The notes under the pieces were generated by a model. That model was not told the origin of the DNA. It searched no databases and saw only the letters and a program-made list of their open reading frames with translations. Shown here in pieces: positions 41,915 to 50,728 of a DNA stretch of 61,502 nt (its first letter is position 1; each line of letters starts with the position of its first letter). Location of the stretch: NCBI GenBank assembly GCA_031430855.1, contig JANPCG010000002.1, positions 1 through 61,502 on the forward strand. Direction: 5' to 3'. The position numbers and the translations under genes are program-made. The stretch comes from Candidatus Kaiserbacteria bacterium. Lineage in GTDB: Bacteria; Patescibacteriota; Minisyncoccia; Phycocordibacterales; UBA918.

Positions 41915-44233
41915 TTACGGCCGAAAGGGTGATTTCTCGTTTTTTGATTGACGAAGTAGCTTGGCAACGCGCTTAAGATCAAGCGGGTCATCAGAGACTG
42001 GCAGCGGCGTAACTTCATGGGGAGACGGTGACATCTCTGACTGCACGAGAGGTGTAACTGATGACATCACACCGTCTTTAACATGCTGTGGGGTAAATGA
42101 CATTGGTTCAGGTGTTGGAATACTCGGTGGCGCCAGTTGTGGAATTTGAGCTAAAACAGCTTCTGCCTCAGCCGTGAGTTCAGCCAGTTCCTTCTGCTCA
42201 GCAGCCGACATTGTATGACTCTGAATTTCTTTAAACGAAACTGGACGAGGTGGCAAAATTCGTGGTTCAGTGTTAGCAGTTGAAGACAGTGCTTGGAGTG
42301 CGTCTTTTAGGGGCGAAATAGCTTCTCTCGATGGCGAGAGTGGCGCGCGCATTGGTTTAGTAATCTCCTTTTCGTCATCAGCTTTTTTGTTACCATTATT
42401 TGGTTCCGCAGCAATGCGAGCCAGGATTGATTTTAAATCACCCACGGTTGTAGCCGGCTTAACCTTGGGTGACGTAGCGGCCACTGACATATGTGATTTC
42501 CCCAGCCGTCGTTCCCCGCGCTCATTTCCTCCTGAACGTTCAGTACGTTCCGGTTGTACTGGTCGCCCTGATTGTTCTAATCGTTCTGGGCGTTCCTTAC
42601 GTTCGCTGCGCAGAGTACGTTCAGTACGTGAGTTGTTCTGCACCCTTGAAGGTTGAGCTGGTTTTGGAGCAGGACGATTCTCTCGTGACGTTGTTTGTTC
42701 TACCGGAGGCACCGCATCGACAACGGACACAATTTTCACAGGCGCCACATCGACGACTGACTGAGTTATTACGGGAGCAACGCTCGGCTGTTCACTAGCG
42801 ATCACGACGGGACTCGAGACTATCGAAGACGTCGTCTCGTTCATCGTTTTTTTTTCTGGAGCTGACTCCGTAGTCGTACGCGTAGCCGCTTTTGACGCGA
42901 CTTTCTTCTCGACCTTAACGACCGGGGTTGGGGTATGGAGTGCCGTTACTACCACTTCAACTTCAGCTCGTGGTTTAGTGTAGTTTTTACGTGACGCAGC
43001 AATTACCATATCGCGACACGAGACGGGCGGTGGATCAATCGGCGGCAAGGTAACTGCTGAAAATGGTTGGGACCCAATACCATCAATCATCAAAGTTAGG
43101 TAGATCTGCGCGAACCCGAGGTTCACCAAATCAGCTGCTAGGAACCGTGGCGTAAATACGGTTTCGAGTGTCTCTGCGTCAAATGGTCCAACTCGAAACG
43201 CAACAGTTGTTCCGACGTTACCAAACACCGCATCACGCACTTCTTCTTCCATCTGTTCAATGTACTGGTGCGCGATAATTAAATTAAGGTGGTATTTCCG
43301 TGCTTCGGAGAGAATATTGGCGAATGTAGCATTCGCAAACGATTGAAACTCGTCGACGTAGAAATAAAAGTTGGGCATCTTCTTCATCTCTGCCACGGGT
43401 AAATTAGCTCGACTCATCGCTGCCAGATAAATCCGCGTCGTGAGCATTGAACCAAGTAAGTTCGCGTTCGTTTCACCAATCAATCCTTTTGAAAGGTTCA
43501 TGATGACAATTTTCTTTTGGTCCATCATTTCACGAAAATCAAAACTGGAGTGTGGTTGCCCAATGATATTTCGAATCAGTGGATTACCCGTAAACTGCCC
43601 AATTTTGTTTTGAATCGCCGGCAGAGCTTCGGCTGCAAAACGCTCGGTGTAGTTCGCAAACTCATCAGTCCAAAAAGATTTCACTGCCGGATCAGTACAA
43701 TAATCAACCACCTTCAGTCGGAACGCTTTATCATTAAATAGTCGATTTACCGACAGGAGGGTCGTGTCGGGATATTCAATCAAAACCAAAAGTGCGTTCG
43801 TGAGAATATACTCCATACGTGCACTCCAGGCGTCTACCCAAATTTTCTTGAAGGTCGACATCAATCCCGAAACGACGAGGTGCCGCTTCTCAAAACCCAC
43901 ATCTTCCATCACATTAAACGAAATCGGATTCTCGAGATCAAATGGCGCAAAATACACCACATCATTTACCCGGTGCTCAGGGATATAATCCAGGAGAAGT
44001 TCGGCAGCTGAACCGTGCGGATCAATAAACGCCATTCCTTCTCCATTTTGGATATCCTGTACCGCCATGTTTTCCAAGAGGGTCGACTTACCCATCCCCG
44101 TCTTCCCCACCACATACATGTGGCGTTGGCGGTCCTTGGCTCTGATACCAAACGGTGTCTGAGCACCCCGGGCATCAGTTTTAGCAAAAAAGGTAATTTT
44201 TTCAGGATCAAAACTCATGTCACTAGTATACAT
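41915..44233 (-). CDS. VirD4/TraD-like (type IV coupling protein-like) P-loop ATPase with a ~330-aa low-complexity C-terminal tail
   Basis: Walker A VVGKTGMGKSTLL and Walker B FYFYVDEFQ. The tail is P/S/T/E/R-rich (..RTERTLRSERKERPERLEQSGRPVQPERTERSGGNERGERR..). Confidence 0.65.
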   Translation of the reverse strand: MYTSDMSFDPEKITFFAKTDARGAQTPFGIRAKDRQRHMYVVGKTGMGKSTLLENMAVQDIQNGEGMAFIDPHGSAAELLLDYIPEHRVNDVVYFAPFDLENPISFNVMEDVGFEKRHLVVSGLMSTFKKIWVDAWSARMEYILTNALLVLIEYPDTTLLSVNRLFNDKAFRLKVVDYCTDPAVKSFWTDEFANYTERFAAEALPAIQNKIGQFTGNPLIRNIIGQPHSSFDFREMMDQKKIVIMNLSKGLIGETNANLLGSMLTTRIYLAAMSRANLPVAEMKKMPNFYFYVDEFQSFANATFANILSEARKYHLNLIIAHQYIEQMEEEVRDAVFGNVGTTVAFRVGPFDAETLETVFTPRFLAADLVNLGFAQIYLTLMIDGIGSQPFSAVTLPPIDPPPVSCRDMVIAASRKNYTKPRAEVEVVVTALHTPTPVVKVEKKVASKAATRTTTESAPEKKTMNETTSSIVSSPVVIASEQPSVAPVITQSVVDVAPVKIVSVVDAVPPVEQTTSRENRPAPKPAQPSRVQNNSRTERTLRSERKERPERLEQSGRPVQPERTERSGGNERGERRLGKSHMSVAATSPKVKPATTVGDLKSILARIAAEPNNGNKKADDEKEITKPMRAPLSPSREAISPLKDALQALSSTANTEPRILPPRPVSFKEIQSHTMSAAEQKELAELTAEAEAVLAQIPQLAPPSIPTPEPMSFTPQHVKDGVMSSVTPLVQSEMSPSPHEVTPLPVSDDPLDLKRVAKLLRQSKNEKSPFRP

Positions 44234-45792
44234 TAGTACCCAAAACGTGCTTCGGCATAGCCTAATAATTCTCGTACATCAGCGTTTCGACTATCAGAAC
44301 CTAAGAGGACAATAGCGAGGACCCGCTCTTGACCTTTAACCGTCAAACGATGAAGTGTAATTGAAGTTTGTCCCGCCACTGCCGTCTCGCCCACTTTTCC
44401 GCCAATAAAGTTTTCCAGCTCACTTACTTTGTTAAAGTTACTCAATTGTCCGAATTCCCCACTGACATACGCGGATGGGAGGTCCTGATTTGCCGTGAGT
44501 TCAATAATGAATCGCCGATTGTTGTAGATATATCGAGTCAGTCCAAGCAAGTCGCCGACACTTGAAACATTCTGTGAACTTAGTCCTGACGGATCAGCAA
44601 AGGTAGTCTCGGTCAACCCAAGCGCTTTCGCCTTTTCGTTCATATGGTCAATGAATTGTTCACGCCCAACTTGAGCCGCTATTACTTCAGCCGCTTCGTT
44701 TGATGATTCAACTAACAAAAGCTGCAGCAGACTATACATCGACACTTTCGTCCGATCCCCTAAACGTGGAATCAGCGATTGCACAAACGTTGGCTGGTCG
44801 ACATAGACTGAACTATCAAGATTGATGTACTCTGCTGCAACGAGTGCTGTCATGAGTTTGGTCAGAGACGCGATCGCAGCCTTGTCATCCAACTTACTAC
44901 TCGCTAACACCGTACTACTCTCCACATCAGCAATGAGATAGTGCGGGGTATCGAGCTCAGGGATTTTTGGCTCATAGACAAAGCTGTCCGGCTCGATTGG
45001 TTCTTCATGAACCAAGATTGGTGTTCCTGCAGCAACTAATGTATACACCTTTTCGGCGTCACTATCACTCAACCGCACACAACCGCCCACATAATCCTCA
45101 GGAACCGGCTTCCCATCAGGAAATTCTGGCAAACCATGAATAAAGAAATTTCCTTGGAACATTAAATTCCACGGGGTATACACCTGACCAAAAGAAGAGA
45201 AATGTCGTTCCTTTTTAGACTCTACTTTATAGAGTCCGGCCGGTGTCTCCCACCATGAGCCCTTTTCACCTTTAGAAAGGATGGGCATTTGTTCGAGCAA
45301 TACACCACCTTTAAAATAGCGGAGCTCCATTGACGTTAAGTCTACTTCAATAAATGTCTTTTCTGACGCTATAAATGATTCACGAGTCTCGAGAAAAAAA
45401 CTCGGTTCAGTAAACGTCATCTGAACACCATAATTAAGTGGCGTCTCTTCATTCGTATACGGATTTTGCACAATGACCGGTACGGTCGTCGCCGTTTCTA
45501 CACCAATCAAGTTAGCCACAAATTGAGTACTACTCGCTTTGAGATAAGACGAGGAAGCCACACCCACAAAAGCCAGCACTGCTACTGCGAGGATAATCGT
45601 GACGACACGTATTTTTGCATATGGTGTTGGTATCCCTGATTGCGCCACAGCCTTCGGAGTAAATCCAGCTACACTTGCGCGGTCATCCGGATTTATTTTG
45701 CGCGGAATAAGCATTCCCAATGAAATGGTAGGCTCATCATCGGCATAACTTACGGCATAAAAGCGCCGAGCATTTGGCTCTTCGTTGTACAT
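44233..45792 (-). CDS. Fusion of an L,D-transpeptidase (YkuD) domain and a serine D,D-carboxypeptidase (S11 PBP) domain, N-terminally membrane-anchored
   Basis: YkuD motif FFIHGLPEF...YVGGCVRLSDSDAEKVY. PBP motifs ASLTKLMT (SxxK), ESSNEAA (SxN) and GGKVGET (KTG-like). Confidence 0.7.
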   Translation of the reverse strand: MYNEEPNARRFYAVSYADDEPTISLGMLIPRKINPDDRASVAGFTPKAVAQSGIPTPYAKIRVVTIILAVAVLAFVGVASSSYLKASSTQFVANLIGVETATTVPVIVQNPYTNEETPLNYGVQMTFTEPSFFLETRESFIASEKTFIEVDLTSMELRYFKGGVLLEQMPILSKGEKGSWWETPAGLYKVESKKERHFSSFGQVYTPWNLMFQGNFFIHGLPEFPDGKPVPEDYVGGCVRLSDSDAEKVYTLVAAGTPILVHEEPIEPDSFVYEPKIPELDTPHYLIADVESSTVLASSKLDDKAAIASLTKLMTALVAAEYINLDSSVYVDQPTFVQSLIPRLGDRTKVSMYSLLQLLLVESSNEAAEVIAAQVGREQFIDHMNEKAKALGLTETTFADPSGLSSQNVSSVGDLLGLTRYIYNNRRFIIELTANQDLPSAYVSGEFGQLSNFNKVSELENFIGGKVGETAVAGQTSITLHRLTVKGQERVLAIVLLGSDSRNADVRELLGYAEARFGY

Positions 45793-45799
45793 AATAGTT

Positions 45800-45805
45800 A
45801 GTATA
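45800..45805 (-). promoter_or_regulatory. -10 box GGTATACT, 7 nt upstream of ATG 45792
   Basis: Reverse complement of 45793-45807 reads GGTATACTaactatt followed by ATG. Confidence 0.45.
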
Positions 45806-45846
45806 CCGTACAGAAAACTGCAAAAACGCCTGTTGTGTACAGGATT

Positions 45847-47508
45847 TTAGACTCCCGGTATCAAATCAAGCAGATATATGATAATTTCCCGCAACATCAC
45901 TATGATTTTTGTTGATTCTTCCGGCGTTAATTCGTCAAGCTTATCTTCATTTTTGGTAATTTGGTCAACCAAGGTACGGACTGACTTAAGGAATGACGAT
46001 TCAGTTCCTTCGGCAGGAGTAGAGCTCGTCGTCGTAGTAGATAAGCGGTCTTTCATACGATAGCCGACACGGGTACCAGTACTACCACCAGACGATGACT
46101 CAAGCACCTCTTCTTCCGCGCACTCTGACGTTACTCCACCGTCAGTAATTACCCAAGTTTTATCAATAGTGAGGGTATCACGCGCAGCTTGGGCAGTCTC
46201 GCAATACAAAGAATTAGTACCAAAATTTACATCTGCTTGCACAGGAAGTAGAGACCAACTCGTTAAAAGTGTTGAATAATTTACGGAAGATAGTGCAGAA
46301 TCAATAAACATATCCTCCATCGTCGTAACGTTAGAAATATTCCACATCGAAAGGTCTTGATTAAATGTTGTAGCACCTTTAAAAAGATCTTCCATTCCTG
46401 TAACTCTCGACACATCCCAATTGTTTAGTGGTTGGTTAAATGAGGTGGCACCTGAAAACATACCCACATATCCCTCTTCAGAAATTCCCAAAATTTCAAC
46501 ATTTGAAACGTCCCAATTGTTTAATGGTTGATTAAAAGCAGTGGCATTACTAAACATTCCATTCATATTAGTAACATTAGAGACATCCCAATTGTTTAAT
46601 GGTTGATTAAATGAAGCAGCTCCACCAAATGTTCCATTCATCGAAGTAACATTAAATACGTCCCACGAATCTAATGGTTGATTGAAAGTAAGTGCGTAAT
46701 TAAACAGATAACTAAAATTAGTAACATTAGACAGATTCCAATTATCGAGAGGCTGATTAAACAGTTCTGCACCACTAAATATTCCGACGATGCTAGTTAC
46801 ACTTGAGACATCCCAATTGTTGAGTGACTGATTAAACGCCGTAGCACCGGTAAACATCCCACTGATATCAGTAACATTAGAAACATCCCAGGAATCTAGC
46901 GACTGGTTAAATGTACTGGTTTGCGAAAACATTCCACTCATATTAGTAACGTTAGAGACATCCCAATGATTAATTGGCTCATTTATCATTGTTGCCTCAT
47001 AAAACATATACCTCAAAATAGTAACCGTACTTAAGTCAGGAGCGTCAATAGCAGGAATTGTTAAATTTGGTGTCCGGGCAAATGCCTGTTCCATAGAACT
47101 CCACACTATGGCCCCCCACTGTTCAATAGTAAGAAGTTTTTCTCTATCAGTAGTTCCTGAAAAATTTCCTAAAAAAATCCTTGGGAAATTACCGGTAATA
47201 TCAACGCGATAAATACCAGCGCTTGGAAACGTAATAGTCACATCTCCAGTATTGCCAGTACTTGAACCATTGTTACCTGGAGTACTCACTTCCTCCCAAT
47301 AAACATCATAGTTGTACCCCCCTCCTATTGTTGGAATAGTAATTTGATTATCGTTTGACGGACCTTGATTATCTGTTTTCCATGTAGTTGAAAATGACCC
47401 GGGGGTAATTGACGAAGCCAAAGCACTACTGAAAAAAAGTGCTGAGAAACCAATTACTACAAATAGCACTGTCGAGCACTTTTTTAAATAATAGATTTGA
47501 TTATTCAT
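45847..47508 (-). CDS. BspA-type / DUF285 leucine-rich-repeat surface protein
   Basis: 553 aa. Signal peptide, then about 10 repeats of FNQPLNNWDVSNVTNMNGMFSNATAFNQ. Confidence 0.75.
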   Translation of the reverse strand: MNNQIYYLKKCSTVLFVVIGFSALFFSSALASSITPGSFSTTWKTDNQGPSNDNQITIPTIGGGYNYDVYWEEVSTPGNNGSSTGNTGDVTITFPSAGIYRVDITGNFPRIFLGNFSGTTDREKLLTIEQWGAIVWSSMEQAFARTPNLTIPAIDAPDLSTVTILRYMFYEATMINEPINHWDVSNVTNMSGMFSQTSTFNQSLDSWDVSNVTDISGMFTGATAFNQSLNNWDVSSVTSIVGIFSGAELFNQPLDNWNLSNVTNFSYLFNYALTFNQPLDSWDVFNVTSMNGTFGGAASFNQPLNNWDVSNVTNMNGMFSNATAFNQPLNNWDVSNVEILGISEEGYVGMFSGATSFNQPLNNWDVSRVTGMEDLFKGATTFNQDLSMWNISNVTTMEDMFIDSALSSVNYSTLLTSWSLLPVQADVNFGTNSLYCETAQAARDTLTIDKTWVITDGGVTSECAEEEVLESSSGGSTGTRVGYRMKDRLSTTTTSSTPAEGTESSFLKSVRTLVDQITKNEDKLDELTPEESTKIIVMLREIIIYLLDLIPGV

Positions 47509-49261
47509 AAATTGGTAGTAACGTTAACAAATACACAATAATATCACGCATCAGGAGTATGACTTTCTTTGACTCCTCTGGTGGTAAGGTAGCGAGCTGT
47601 TCTTCGTTAATCAATAGGTACGTAATAAATTTCTTGAGTGAGGTAACTATTGACTCACCCAGAATAATTGATTCGGTCGAACTGGTTACACTATTTGCTA
47701 ACTTGTGCTGGAGACGATCACCAACACGTGTTCCGGAATTACCACCACCAATAGGACCAACCTCAAGGAGAGCTGCAACTGAAAAATCAGCAGTGATATT
47801 CGTATCCGAACGGGGATTATCCATCCGTCCATCTGACCAGCTCACAAACCGGTATCCAGCGTTCGGAATCACTTCTACACTGATACCATCTTCCCCATCA
47901 ACCACATTTTGTGAAGCCAGACCTATAAGTGTCGCGTTCGACCCTACCGTATACACGAGATTAAAGCAGTCAGCTGAACCGTTATCTGAAATCAACCAAC
48001 TATAGTTATTAGTGAGCACGTCTCGTGCACTTTGAGCAGTCGTACAATATTCGATATCAGCATCAAGATACACATCAGACTGAAGCGACGGTCGGGCTGC
48101 CCAACTGGTCAGCATATTTGAATAATTACTTGTCGACAGGGACGTACCTGGAAACATCCCATCCATGTTCTCCACGTTCGTGACATCCCAACTGTCGAGC
48201 GACTGATTAAAATCAAACGCCCCCGCGAACATACTTTCCATAGTGGTCACATTTGATACATCCCAGCTACCTATAGATTGGTTAAAAACACGAGCCCCAG
48301 AAAACATCGACTCCATTGTCGTGACATTGGAAACACTCCAGGTATTTAATGGCTGATTGAAGGCTTCTGCAGCATTAAATATAAAAGCCATCGTGGTGGC
48401 ATTTGAAACGTTCCAAGTACCTAACGGTTGATTAAAAGCGGTGGCATTTTGAAAGAGGTACGAGAAGTCAGTAACATTAGATACGTCCCAGTTATCGAGC
48501 GGTTGATTGAATGCAGTCGCACCGCCAAAAATTGCACGAGCTTTGTTGCCATTACTCATCACCGTTACACTCGATACATCCCAGCTATTGAGCGGTTGAT
48601 TGAACCCTTGGGCATTGCCAAACGTACCACTCATATCAGTCACATTAGATACATCCCAGCTATTGAGCGGTTGATTAAATATCGCCGCATTATAAAACAT
48701 ACCGTTTATAGAAGTAATAGTACTGACATCCCAGTGGTCGATTGACTGATTAAACGAGGTTGCCCCGTAAAACATTTGTCTTAAGTCCGTTGCTTGTGAT
48801 AAGTCAGGCGCATCTACCGCTGGCACGGTGAGATTCGAGGCTAAGTAAAAAGCCGCTTCCAGAGTGGCCCATTCATTATCACCCCACTGCTCGACCGTCA
48901 AAATCTTTTGCTCATCACCAGCCAAACTAATATTAAAAGTCGGAAAATCTCCACTAATATCTACGCGATACATACCAGCTGACGGAAATGTAATTGTTTC
49001 AGGATTACAAGGACTGTCTAATGTAGTTGAACCATTATTACTCTGATTGCCGAGTTCTTCCCAGTACAGAGTACCGAGACATGACTCACCATCATTACCG
49101 GTACCGAGATGAAAACTAACTTGATCACTATTGGATGACCCTGAATTATCAGTTTTCCAGGTGGTCGAAAAAGACCCAGATGCTATTGGTGCAGCTAAAA
49201 CATCCACTGGTGACACGAAGGCAATAATAAAAAAGGCAATGAGGATTCCCCACGTTTTCAT
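47501..49261 (-). CDS. BspA-type / DUF285 leucine-rich-repeat surface protein, tandem paralogue
   Basis: 586 aa. Same repeat type (FNQPLNSWDVSNVTDMSGTFGNAQGFNQ). 8-nt overlap with the downstream paralogue. Confidence 0.75.
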   Translation of the reverse strand: MKTWGILIAFFIIAFVSPVDVLAAPIASGSFSTTWKTDNSGSSNSDQVSFHLGTGNDGESCLGTLYWEELGNQSNNGSTTLDSPCNPETITFPSAGMYRVDISGDFPTFNISLAGDEQKILTVEQWGDNEWATLEAAFYLASNLTVPAVDAPDLSQATDLRQMFYGATSFNQSIDHWDVSTITSINGMFYNAAIFNQPLNSWDVSNVTDMSGTFGNAQGFNQPLNSWDVSSVTVMSNGNKARAIFGGATAFNQPLDNWDVSNVTDFSYLFQNATAFNQPLGTWNVSNATTMAFIFNAAEAFNQPLNTWSVSNVTTMESMFSGARVFNQSIGSWDVSNVTTMESMFAGAFDFNQSLDSWDVTNVENMDGMFPGTSLSTSNYSNMLTSWAARPSLQSDVYLDADIEYCTTAQSARDVLTNNYSWLISDNGSADCFNLVYTVGSNATLIGLASQNVVDGEDGISVEVIPNAGYRFVSWSDGRMDNPRSDTNITADFSVAALLEVGPIGGGNSGTRVGDRLQHKLANSVTSSTESIILGESIVTSLKKFITYLLINEEQLATLPPEESKKVILLMRDIIVYLLTLLPIYE

Positions 49262-49267
49262 TGAATT

Positions 49268-49273
49268 ATTATA
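49268..49273 (-). promoter_or_regulatory. -10 box GGTATAAT, 6 nt upstream of ATG 49261
   Basis: Reverse complement of 49262-49275 reads GGTATAATaattca followed by ATG. Confidence 0.45.
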
Positions 49274-49356
49274 CCAGTCACCGACCCCTTGATGTGGTAG
49301 TAATCCAGTACAAAAAATATCTTACACCAAAAATAACGTCTACTAATCACCTAAAA

Positions 49357-49596
49357 TTAAAGTTTCGTTTCAGCAAAAAGATTTTGAGTGGTCTCTACAA
49401 ACGTCTCTCCGCCACGCTCACCGTTACCTAAATCAATTTCTTGGAGGTATTGGGCGCGTCTGATTGCGTACCCCATCAGTAGTAATAAGATGCCGAGACC
49501 GACATACATATACTGCTTCCACAGTGAGGGAATACCAAGATACGGGATCAAGATTAAGAGAATCCCGAGAAGAAAAACGAAAGTACCTTTGCTCAT
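49357..49596 (-). CDS. 79-aa two-TM membrane protein, function unknown
   Basis: FVFLLGILLILIPYLGI and YVGLGILLLLMGYAI. Has its own GGTATACT box. Confidence 0.45.
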   Translation of the reverse strand: MSKGTFVFLLGILLILIPYLGIPSLWKQYMYVGLGILLLLMGYAIRRAQYLQEIDLGNGERGGETFVETTQNLFAETKL

Positions 49597-49604
49597 TACG
49601 CGCT

Positions 49605-49610
49605 AGTATA
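49605..49610 (-). promoter_or_regulatory. -10 box GGTATACT, 8 nt upstream of ATG 49596
   Basis: Reverse complement of 49597-49612 reads GGTATACTagcgcgta followed by ATG. Confidence 0.45.
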
Positions 49611-49848
49611 CCCTACTCACGGCCCAGAGACAAAAAGCAAAACAACAACCGCAAGATTGTATGATTTTGCTTTGTTCCGAATTTGCCCCTTTACCTTACA
49701 GGAACAGTACACCATTTGGATAGTTCTCATACTTCAAACTACCTCAAATGGTTTTTCTAAGTGACATTTAGTCACTTCTCAACCTAGGGCAAACCCCTCT
49801 AACGTTAACTCTAAAACCTGAATTTACTCCGTGTAATCTAGACGTTTT

Positions 49849-50550
49849 TTAACTCTGACTCAATATAATTACAAATTCCCCTTTTTGCTTGACTGCATTT
49901 TTAACCAAAATATCAAGAACTTCTGTTGGTGTACCAACGAGCATTTCTTCGTAGATCTTTGTTAACTCTCTCCCCAAATAGACAGTCGACTTAGGGTAAA
50001 GGGTCGCAAGACTCTCAAGGGTTTTGAGGATTCGGTGTGTTGCCTCCAAAAACACCACCGGATGATCATAGAGCTCCAAATCTGTAAAGAATGTCTCGCG
50101 GCCTTTTTTACTCGGCACAAATCCGAGGAAACTAAATTGGTTCCCCGAGATGCCAGCGATTGAAATGGCGGCGGTAATAGATGATGCTCCCGGAATAGCA
50201 TCAATCCGGATACCGTCAGCGCGCGCCATCCGCACCAGCATCACCCCAGGATCAGACACACCAGGTGTACCGGCATCAGACACCAAAGCGACATTCTGCC
50301 CAGCTTCTAAATCGGCAATAATTGAAGCATGTACTGCCTCACTCGCATGCGCGTCATACCGTTTCAATTTCGCCTTGATACCGTGGTGCTTAGTAAGATT
50401 CCCCGTTGTGCGAGTATCTTCACACAGCACATAATCCACTTCACGAAAAATCCGCAGCGCGCGCAGGGTAATATCTTCAAGGTTTCCAATCGGGGTCGCC
50501 ACAATATATAAGACACCAGGTTTTTGCATATCACCTAACCTACCACTCAT
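49849..50550 (-). CDS. rsmI: 16S rRNA (cytidine1402-2'-O)-methyltransferase
   Basis: LYIVATPIGNLEDITLRALRIFREVDYVLCEDTRTTGNL (tetrapyrrole-methylase fold). An alternative ATG is at 50529. Confidence 0.85.
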   Translation of the reverse strand: MSGRLGDMQKPGVLYIVATPIGNLEDITLRALRIFREVDYVLCEDTRTTGNLTKHHGIKAKLKRYDAHASEAVHASIIADLEAGQNVALVSDAGTPGVSDPGVMLVRMARADGIRIDAIPGASSITAAISIAGISGNQFSFLGFVPSKKGRETFFTDLELYDHPVVFLEATHRILKTLESLATLYPKSTVYLGRELTKIYEEMLVGTPTEVLDILVKNAVKQKGEFVIILSQS

Positions 50551-50728
50551 GCTGACAAAAGAAAAGCCAAAGAGAAAAATCCCTAGCTTTTCTCACGCAA
50601 GCTATCCTAGAATTAATTTAAACTTTCAGATACGAGGCGTGCGAAGAAAATTATTTGAGCCGTACTAATTGTACGGTGAATATGATTTTACTGAAGCACA
50701 ACAAAGTAGGTGAATGTTTAAATTAATT

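Noticed and set aside
50572-50594. GAGAAAAATCCCTAGCTTTTCTC as a sixth member of the hairpin family.
   Set aside because: Only the outer 7 bp pair. The inner stem and the CTAA loop are not preserved, and on the minus strand it works as an ordinary terminator after metK (followed by TTTGGCTTTTCTTTTG). It remains possible but unsupported.
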